DNA of 32,000 bases, from the NCBI GenBank assembly GCA_964354495.1, contig CAYHAA010000004.1, positions 150,001 to 182,000 of the forward strand, read 5' to 3'. The notes beneath the pieces were generated by a model. The model made no database searches, had not been told where the DNA came from, and saw only the letters and a list, made by a program, of their open reading frames with translations. Shown one piece after another: positions 9,567 to 16,454 of the stretch (its first letter is position 1; each line of letters begins with the position of its first letter). Both the position numbers and the translations under genes were made by a program. This DNA is from an uncultured archaeon (GTDB lineage Archaea; Asgardarchaeota; Thorarchaeia; Thorarchaeales; Thorarchaeaceae).

Positions 9567-10697
9567 CTATTCCACGCGAACTAGTCGTACCTCATTGTAG
9601 TCTGTAATCACTCTGATGTATCCTCTCAGCACTTCATCTACCAGTGAGTCTCCAGTGTCCACCTTGAGAGTCTCACTCTCAATTCCTTTGAGCTTTGAGA
9701 GTGTTGAGATCACAATGATATGCTCACGACCAACACGTTCGATGATGCCAGGGCTGATCTGCTGATTACCACGACCAAAAAGCATTCCCTGATGCCCAAT
9801 GGGAGATACAATGATCCACGTCTTACTGAAGTCATCGACCAACTCGATAATCTGGGTCTCGCTCACATCATGGTGCATGATTCCTCTTTGATAGACATCA
9901 ACTCCAAGGATTGTCTTCTTGACACCCAAGAAATCAGTCACTGTCTTCACTGTAGTGCCGGGTCCCAGGATATAGGTTCCTTGAGGAACCATCTGGTCAA
10001 TGATATAGTTGGCAATGGCCTCCTGTGCCTCGTGCTCATCGATGGTCTCAGGACTGGCTTGTTTGGCTCCCTGGAATCTTGCTGGAACTGATGGTCCCTT
10101 CATGTAGCCATAGAGGCGGATGACGAAACGGTCCTCACGATATGCCTCCTCATCAGCGTCCATAATCTCAAAATCTGCGGTGCCTGCCCCTCCGTCAAGA
10201 ACAAGCTTAACGACCTCTGCTGCATCCGCAGGGTTCACAACGAAGATACCGCTGTACATCTTCACTCCAGATGGGACACCTAGAACGAGAAGATCATCGA
10301 GGCCTTCCGCCATAATTGCATCTAGGATGTCGCGTGCTGTTCCGTCGCCTCCAACAAAGACCAAGAGACGAACTCCCGCCTTGTAGAGCGCAAGAGTGCA
10401 CTGACGCGTGTCCTCGGAGCTGGTCATATCACTTATCTCAAGATCAACCACTTTATGCTCTAGGCCCACCTCTTGGCTCATATCCTCTCCCATCTGGAGA
10501 GGGCAGACAATCAGATCCAGTCTTGGATTACCTTGGACAAGGGGAGCCAGAGCCTGTAAGAATTCCATTGCTCGAGCTGGTGCCACAGGAGTCGCTCCAC
10601 GGCTAATTGCCTCTTCAACAACACCATCAGTCCCTTTGAGGCCGACACGACCACCCATCCCCGCAATCGGATTGACAAGAAGACCAAGGTACAACAC
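9567..10697 (-). CDS. ATP-NAD kinase / AcoX-like family protein
   Basis: NPIAGMGGRVGLKGTDG, FVGGDGTARD, GVPSGVKMYSG, GPGTT and GRGNQQIS motifs. Confidence 0.85.
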   Translation of the reverse strand: MLYLGLLVNPIAGMGGRVGLKGTDGVVEEAISRGATPVAPARAMEFLQALAPLVQGNPRLDLIVCPLQMGEDMSQEVGLEHKVVDLEISDMTSSEDTRQCTLALYKAGVRLLVFVGGDGTARDILDAIMAEGLDDLLVLGVPSGVKMYSGIFVVNPADAAEVVKLVLDGGAGTADFEIMDADEEAYREDRFVIRLYGYMKGPSVPARFQGAKQASPETIDEHEAQEAIANYIIDQMVPQGTYILGPGTTVKTVTDFLGVKKTILGVDVYQRGIMHHDVSETQIIELVDDFSKTWIIVSPIGHQGMLFGRGNQQISPGIIERVGREHIIVISTLSKLKGIESETLKVDTGDSLVDEVLRGYIRVITDYNEVRLVRVE

Positions 10698-10718
10698 AGC
10701 TGCAAGACTCCTGCATCA

Positions 10719-10726
10719 TTAATAAG
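10719..10726 (-). promoter_or_regulatory. Putative TATA box (TTATTAAT) for the NAD-kinase-like gene
   Basis: Minus strand CTTATTAATG about 22-29 nt upstream of start 10697. Confidence 0.4.
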
Positions 10727-10752
10727 ACAACCCACCTCTAAAGTAGTTGTGT

Positions 10753-11337
10753 TCAGTCCTTGAGAGCGTTGACTTGGGCTGCAGATTGTATCCAGAAAGA
10801 CACCCGAACGAGAACCTCTTCGAGAAATCTATCCCTGTTGTCGGGTGTTGCGTCTTCGGGCCACTTGTTCTTGCGATATTCATCGAACTTCTTGAACGAG
10901 CGACCATACTTAGTCGTCAGTGGTAACTCAATCCGTCTGTCGCACATTGTATTCAGAGCACGGATGAGAGTGACAAAGTCGAACTTCAACCGAATCAACC
11001 ACTTTCGCACAGCGATGAAGAAGGCACGGTCATTTGCTTGGTCCCATGACAGACCTTTCAGAGCCTCTCTGTTTCCCCCGTCGATTCTCTCAGAGTTGAA
11101 GCTGCAGCCCTTATCATAATTGCACCGAGCTCTCACATAGAGATTCTTCTTTGACATCCAGAGGATATTCTCATGCTCTCCCTTTTTTCTCATGACTTCC
11201 TTGTGATTGCCAGCAGGAAACACAAGCTCGACCACACCGCCTTCCTTGAAAGCGCCTCCAGCCTTGAAGTACAGGTCCAGTGCCCAGGCGAGTGCGGGGA
11301 TGGTGTTTACGGGATAGTATTCATCAGGGTCCGTCAT
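10753..11337 (-). CDS. Hypothetical soluble protein (194 aa)
   Basis: ATG start, non-overlapping position between two co-oriented genes, natural composition. No family recognised. Confidence 0.75.
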   Translation of the reverse strand: MTDPDEYYPVNTIPALAWALDLYFKAGGAFKEGGVVELVFPAGNHKEVMRKKGEHENILWMSKKNLYVRARCNYDKGCSFNSERIDGGNREALKGLSWDQANDRAFFIAVRKWLIRLKFDFVTLIRALNTMCDRRIELPLTTKYGRSFKKFDEYRKNKWPEDATPDNRDRFLEEVLVRVSFWIQSAAQVNALKD

Positions 11338-11424
11338 TGTTGCACGTCACGTCAATCATTCCTACTGATATGAATTAGCTCTCCGGTAAAAGTGAAGACA
11401 CGCCCCAAGTCAGAGATGGCGGAG

Positions 11425-11973
11425 CTACGTTTCCTTCTGCTCACGATTGGCGACGAGGACCCTTGCAAGCTGCTCAAAGATATCGATGATTCCCTCTCCA
11501 GTCTTCGCACTCGACTCGACGTATGGCATGTTGCGGCTGTCTGCGAATTCGCGCCCTTCAGATGGTTCAACCACGCGGTCGGGAAGATCGGTCTTGTTCG
11601 CTACTAGAATCAGCGGTATGTCCTTTCCAAGCGCCTTGTGAAGTTCCTCTAGCCATTCTTGAAGCACGATGAAGGTCCTTCGTCTCGTCACATCATAGAC
11701 AAGTACACCACCGCTCGAACCCCTATAGTACATGGGCCTCAGAATCTGAAACCGAGACTGTCCAGCAACATCCCAGATCTGCAGTTTCACAGTCACCTTT
11801 TCGCGCTCCGACTTTATGATTTCAACATTCTTGACAGCAAACTGGGAGCCAATGGTAGTCTTGTAATCAGTCCTGAAGAATCCGTGAGAAAAGCGGGTGA
11901 CTATAGCTGTCTTGCCCACTGCGCCTTCTCCTAGAACCACGATTTTGAACAAGAAGTCATAGGTGCTACTCAT
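11425..11973 (-). CDS. Rab-like small GTPase (Ras superfamily)
   Basis: G1 GEGAVGKT, G2 YKTTIG, G3 WDVAGQ, G4 NKTD, G5 SSAK. ATG 11973 (MSSTYDFLFKIVVLG) has a GGAGG-like RBS and is preferred over 12012. Confidence 0.95.
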   Translation of the reverse strand: MSSTYDFLFKIVVLGEGAVGKTAIVTRFSHGFFRTDYKTTIGSQFAVKNVEIIKSEREKVTVKLQIWDVAGQSRFQILRPMYYRGSSGGVLVYDVTRRRTFIVLQEWLEELHKALGKDIPLILVANKTDLPDRVVEPSEGREFADSRNMPYVESSAKTGEGIIDIFEQLARVLVANREQKET

Positions 11974-12364
11974 ACGGCAGTCCTCCAGCTGTGTAACCGA
12001 GGTGGAATGCATACGTGGCTACGATATCGACATATGAACAGTCTTCGTGTGTATTCATGAAAGATCCCCATGCAGTCCATCGGCCTAAACAGTGGTTGCG
12101 CATTCGAAGCCTAAGTTACTGATGGCACTAATAAGGTTTCGCGATGTATTGCACCAAGGGACCTAGATAGGATAATCAACACGACATGATTCTATTCAAT
12201 AACGCGGAGTTTCCTCTATCTGCATTCACGAAAAAAGCTTACCAATCGTATTCTCAACTTCCTCAACATCAAACACTGCAGTCATGCAAGCCATGGCGAA
12301 TGCGAAGATTCTGTCGTGCCAATTTCAAAAGAATCTAATATGACTCGTCAGGGACATAAGAGGA

Positions 12365-12404
12365 TAAAACAGAGAAAAAACCTACACAGGGCCGAGTGGC
12401 CCTG
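12365..12404 (-). terminator. Hairpin plus T-rich tract downstream of the fasciclin gene
   Basis: 7-bp GC-rich stem CAGGGCC/GGCCCTG with a 4-nt loop (12387-12404), followed on the minus strand by TTTTTTCTCTGTTTT; begins 23 nt after the stop codon. Confidence 0.6.
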
Positions 12405-12426
12405 GTTGGGTGTTCGAGCTGCGAAA

Positions 12427-12837
12427 CTACTTCGGCAGAATCACAGCATCGATGATGTGGATGACGCCATTGCTGGCCTCGATATCGGCCTTAACAACCT
12501 TCGCGTTATCGACTTTAACTCCAGCCTTAGTGTCAATCCTGATTTCCTGTCCTTGGACTGTCTTGGCCGTTTTCAACTTCATAACATCCTTGGACATGAC
12601 CTTGCCTGGCACCACGTGGTAGGTCAGGATTGCTGTCAACTTGGCTTTGTCCTTTAGAAGGGACTCTACTGTGCCCTTTGGGAGCTTGGCAAATGCTTCA
12701 TCAGTCGGTGCAAAGACTGTGAACGGACCCTTGCTCTTCAGAGTATCTACAAGACCTGCTGCCTCGGCGGCCTTCAAGAGAGTCTTGAAGCTACCAGCAG
12801 CCATAGCTGTTTCTACGATGTTCTTCACGATTATCAC
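12427..12837 (-). CDS. Single-domain fasciclin (FAS1) protein without signal peptide
   Basis: [32 protein letters not shown] and [18 protein letters not shown] (H1/H2 motifs). The start could be GTG 12837 or GTG 12828. Confidence 0.93.
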   Translation of the reverse strand: MIIVKNIVETAMAAGSFKTLLKAAEAAGLVDTLKSKGPFTVFAPTDEAFAKLPKGTVESLLKDKAKLTAILTYHVVPGKVMSKDVMKLKTAKTVQGQEIRIDTKAGVKVDNAKVVKADIEASNGVIHIIDAVILPK

Positions 12838-12872
12838 CTTAAAATGATGTATATTAACAATAGTGAATTACT

Positions 12873-12886
12873 TTATAAGCTTTCCG
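12873..12886 (-). promoter_or_regulatory. BRE-TATA promoter for the fasciclin gene
   Basis: Minus strand GAAAGC-TTATAAAG: a purine-rich BRE followed by a consensus TATA, about 36 nt upstream of the start. Confidence 0.55.
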
Positions 12887-12944
12887 ATGCGGACTATCTG
12901 TGGGCAGTCTTGCACTGCATCCCAACTGACAAAATCAGGTACGG

Positions 12945-13738
12945 CTAGTGCTTGCCTTCAATCCAAGCGATGAATTTGCGCAGCAGTCTATTGAACTCTT
13001 CAGGCGGCTCAATCATTGGCTCGTGATGAGCCTCGCGGGCAATGGCGATATCAGCCTGCGGGAGTTCGTTCTTAAGCGCCTCAGCGACGACAGGTGGTGT
13101 GATGTTATCATGCTCGCCTACAAGAACAAGCGTGGGAATCCTTATGTCTTTGACCCTGTCTGCGATATTGAACCTGTTACAGACACTAAGGTCATGTTGG
13201 AGCACGCCTGGGTTTGCCCTGCGTATCCGATTCTCAAGTTCCTTTAGTCCGTGGCTTTCAGTGTAGTCCTCATAGGACTGGTTTTTGAACAGAGATAATC
13301 CATCCTCAATTGCTTCCCTTGCGAAACCCGGCGCCAGCTTCGAGAGCTCAAGAACAGGAGAGGTGTCAACAGGTACAGGTGCCTTGGGAAGGATTGATTG
13401 AGCATCTGGGCAGTAGCACATTGCAGCACCGCCTCCCATGGAGTGGCCAACAAGGATGAAGTCAGTCAACCTGAGATGCTCAATAAGAGCGGCGATCTCT
13501 GAGGAATAGCCACGGTCTATAGACATATCCCCATTTAGATTATCAGGCTTTCCATGCCCCGAGAGGTCGATTGCTTCGTCCTGTTTGTGCAGGAGAATTC
13601 TCTTAGCTGCAGAGCCCAAGATATGTGAGATGATTCTGCACCATGGACGAAGACGAGAGGGATGCCTCATGATGGATTTTGCCGCCTATCAACATCAATA
13701 TAGTGCAGCTGCAACTCTCCGTGACGGAAGTACGGCAT
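12945..13738 (-). pseudogene. Disrupted alpha/beta hydrolase
   Basis: From ATG 13738 the frame reads MPYFRHGELQLHYIDVDRRQNPS*GIPLVFVHGAESSHISWALQLREF, with an in-frame TGA at 13669-13667. A frameshift near 13575-13580 then joins AIDLSGHG...GHSMGG...GEHD...AHH. The ORF-track N-terminus (13670) is out of frame. Confidence 0.8.
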
Positions 13739-13843
13739 GGGCGAGAATGAGTGATATCCACATGAAAACCCAATTTCGTTGCACAGTATATTGTTCAGGT
13801 ATCTTTTTCTCCAGAGTATACAGACATGGCGACTGTGAGTTCA

Positions 13844-15220
13844 ATGGCGGACAGACTCTTCGGAACAACGGGCGTGCGAAAGGTCTATGGAAAAGAGTTC
13901 GACCTTGAAATGGCTTTGAACTTAGGAAAGGCACTCGGAACCCTGCTTGGAGGAGGAACAGTCCTCCTAGCAAGAGACACGAGAACTACGGGACTCATGG
14001 TCGCAGATGCATTCTCTGCGGGTCTGCTCTCTACAGGAGTGAACGTAGTTCGAACAGGCATCATCCCAACACCCACGCTGGCATTCACAGCGATGAACAG
14101 AGAACTCGATGCAGGCGTCATGGTGACTGCATCGCACAACCCACCAGAGTATACGGGGGTAAAATTCTGGTCTAAGAGCAGTATGGGCTTCACACCCGAG
14201 GAGGAAGAGAAGATTGAGCAGATCTACGTATCGAAGAAATTCAAGGTCGCACCTTGGGATCAACTGGGAAAGGAACTCAGAACAGAGACCGCTGTTGAAG
14301 AGCACATCGAGGCAATCCTAGCAAGATGTGATGCAGGCCTGATAAGGTCGAAGGCATTCACAATAGTAGTCGACCCAGGTAACGGCGCAGCATGTGTTCT
14401 CACGCCATATCTCATGCAGAAACTTGCTGGCAAGGTCGTCACAATTAACAGTCAGCCCGACGGACACTTTCCAGGACGAATCTCTGAACCAGATGAGAGC
14501 TCCCTTGGTGACCTCATTCAGATGGTGAAAGACATTCGTGCAGACCTTGGCATTGCTCACGATGGTGACGCTGATAGAGTGGTGTTTGTGACTGAGAAGG
14601 GCGAGGTAGTCAGAGGAGATAGAACGATTGCGCTTCTCGCTCAAGACTATCTTGGAACTACGAAGGGGGGAACCTTGGTCACCACTGTGGATAGCTCACT
14701 GGTACTTGACGAGACCGTCAAGAGAAGAGGCGGCAAGACAGTTCGAACACCTGTGGGGGACATCCAAGTTGCAATCAAAGTAAGGGAGACTGATGCAGTC
14801 ATGGGGGGCGAAGCCTGTGGGGTGTTCATTCTCCCAGAGTTGCACCTTGCCCCGGAGCCTTTTCTTGCAGCCTGCAAGATTCTTGAAAAAATGGCAAGAA
14901 CAGGAAAGAGTTTTGGAGAGCTCATTTCAGGTATTCCAGCATATCCTCTGATGAAGGCCAAACTGAACTGTCCAAATGAGAAAAAGGCACAAGTAATGGA
15001 TGCTCTTGCAAACATGCTCCCGAAGGCACTAGAGAATGTCGTGCAGGTCCTAACTGTGGACGGCATTGGGATCACTCTAAAAGAGGGATGGGTCCTAGTA
15101 CGACCGTCAGGTACAGAACCGGTGATAAGAATCACCTGTGAGGGCCCCACAGAGGCGCTGGTCAAGAAAGTATTGAGCGTAGTGAAGCGTGCTGTTGAGA
15201 AGACAGTCAAATCGATATGA
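13844..15220 (+). CDS. glmM: Alpha-D-phosphohexomutase (phosphoglucosamine mutase / PMM-PGM)
   Basis: LFGTTGVR, TASHNP (phospho-Ser), DGDADR (metal loop), GGEACG and VRPSGTEP. ATG 13844 (MADRLFGT) preferred. GlmM versus PMM/PGM specificity is uncertain. Confidence 0.85.
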   Translation: MADRLFGTTGVRKVYGKEFDLEMALNLGKALGTLLGGGTVLLARDTRTTGLMVADAFSAGLLSTGVNVVRTGIIPTPTLAFTAMNRELDAGVMVTASHNPPEYTGVKFWSKSSMGFTPEEEEKIEQIYVSKKFKVAPWDQLGKELRTETAVEEHIEAILARCDAGLIRSKAFTIVVDPGNGAACVLTPYLMQKLAGKVVTINSQPDGHFPGRISEPDESSLGDLIQMVKDIRADLGIAHDGDADRVVFVTEKGEVVRGDRTIALLAQDYLGTTKGGTLVTTVDSSLVLDETVKRRGGKTVRTPVGDIQVAIKVRETDAVMGGEACGVFILPELHLAPEPFLAACKILEKMARTGKSFGELISGIPAYPLMKAKLNCPNEKKAQVMDALANMLPKALENVVQVLTVDGIGITLKEGWVLVRPSGTEPVIRITCEGPTEALVKKVLSVVKRAVEKTVKSI

Positions 15221-15249
15221 CAAGATTCACATCAATAATGCAGACAAGA

Positions 15250-15255
15250 TTTATA
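15250..15255 (+). promoter_or_regulatory. Putative TATA box (TTTATA) for the 128-aa gene
   Basis: TTTATA about 44 nt upstream of ATG 15299, in the intergenic gap after the mutase stop. Confidence 0.45.
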
Positions 15256-15298
15256 GCGGATTCCGCGACCTCTTCAGACAGTTGATGGAGCTAGACCA

Positions 15299-15685
15299 AT
15301 GAGCAAAGAAAAAAAGGAACTTGAAGATGCCGTGATGGGGGAGTTCGAGTGGGCACTTCAGGATCCAAATACACAGAAGATTCGCCAGCTCGGGGAAGTT
15401 GTTAGTATCATCACCACCAAGCTAACTGAAGCCATCAGTAGTCTACAAGCAACGACAACTCAGCTCCAATCGCAGGTCAGTGCCCTGGAATCAAGGATTG
15501 ATTCTCTCTCGAACCGCGTTTCTGGTGGCGCAACCATATCAGCAGGACCCTCAGCAGCCGGAGGACAACCAATTGCTGGCATGGCAAGAGCCCCAACAGC
15601 TCCACCGCCCTCACCAGGAGGGGGCATGAGCATGATGGGAGAACTCAAACAACTTCTAGCCGCCAGAAAGAGAAAGGCAGACTAA
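15299..15685 (+). CDS. 128-aa protein: coiled coil, Gly/Ala/Pro linker with PPP, and C-terminal WH2/central-like basic amphipathic helix
   Basis: Clean ATG ORF filling the gap between glmM and bshB, with its own TATA candidate. Heptads over residues 28-74; APTAPPPSPGGG; MSMMGELKQLLAARKRKAD. The ORF is well supported; the function is inferred. Confidence 0.8.
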   Translation: MSKEKKELEDAVMGEFEWALQDPNTQKIRQLGEVVSIITTKLTEAISSLQATTTQLQSQVSALESRIDSLSNRVSGGATISAGPSAAGGQPIAGMARAPTAPPPSPGGGMSMMGELKQLLAARKRKAD

Positions 15686-15703
15686 CCATAACGGCCAGCT
15701 GCA

Positions 15704-16357
15704 TCACATGAGGCTTTCAACGCTGTTTTCTCTGTAGAAAGGTCCAGCATGTTCAGGCAGGGTGATTGAAAAGGCCTCAGCGCGTTCGCATTTCGACTGG
15801 ACTCCACGAAGGCGTGTTCTCGCATCGTAGAGCTTTTCATAAAAGAGATCGGCTTTCTCAATCTGTGACTTGTGTTCTTTGATTGCGTTGAAAGCATAGT
15901 CATATGAATTTGAAATATCAACATACACATGAGGTCGGGAGATCAGAGTGTTGATCTCCATGTTGTAGATTCGTTCAACGCGGTGTGCATCGTCAAAGAG
16001 TGTTGTGTGGGATGCCCATTCAACAGCATCGAAGACTATCTGTGCACAATGTTGATGATTCACATTGTAGTCTCCAGAGAAATGAGTAATCACTATCTTC
16101 GGACGCGATTTGAGAATGGCTCCGACGACCTCATTTCGAAGGCTCATGTCAATGGCAAAGTCATCGCGCTCGCTTAGATAGAGGTTCCGCACACCAAGCT
16201 GGGCACATGCAGACTTCATTTCGGCGTTCCTTATTTCGTTGCCCGTCATACAGTGCACGTCAACAGGAGTCCCCATGTCAGCATGTTTTCGTATCGTACC
16301 GCCGGCACCCAGACTCTCGTCATCCGGGTGTGCAACCACAACAAGGACAGAGCTCAT
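15704..16357 (-). CDS. bshB: PIG-L/LmbE family deacetylase, BshB-like
   Basis: VVAHPDDE motif, R-x-x-E (RNAEM), VDIS, SQ and RG...AEAF; divergently adjacent to bshA. The family is certain; the BshB assignment rests on context. Confidence 0.8.
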   Translation of the reverse strand: MSSVLVVVAHPDDESLGAGGTIRKHADMGTPVDVHCMTGNEIRNAEMKSACAQLGVRNLYLSERDDFAIDMSLRNEVVGAILKSRPKIVITHFSGDYNVNHQHCAQIVFDAVEWASHTTLFDDAHRVERIYNMEINTLISRPHVYVDISNSYDYAFNAIKEHKSQIEKADLFYEKLYDARTRLRGVQSKCERAEAFSITLPEHAGPFYRENSVESLM

Positions 16358-16454
16358 ATGTGCGTGTTCTTTCAGTATCTAATCAAGGTTTGGCATGTTC
16401 GATTGTGCAGACCAAGTGCCTTAAAGGGCAACAGGAATAGACCAGTCAGAAGGT

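Noticed and set aside
11974-12364. Possible small ORFs or gene remnant upstream of the GTPase
   Set aside because: Only very short frames (e.g. MACMTAVFDVEEVENTIGKLFS) with no recognisable similarity.
13667-13669. In-frame TGA as selenocysteine recoding
   Set aside because: The position is a non-catalytic loop before the first core strand, and a separate frameshift follows, so gene decay explains it better.
14647-15210. Long antisense or overlapping ORFs (also 767-1102, 3649-4050, 9720-10091, 16961-17452, 25228-25701, 31119-31622)
   Set aside because: They lie on the opposite strand or in alternate frames of well-supported genes, are Ser/Arg-biased and lack motifs; treated as shadow ORFs.
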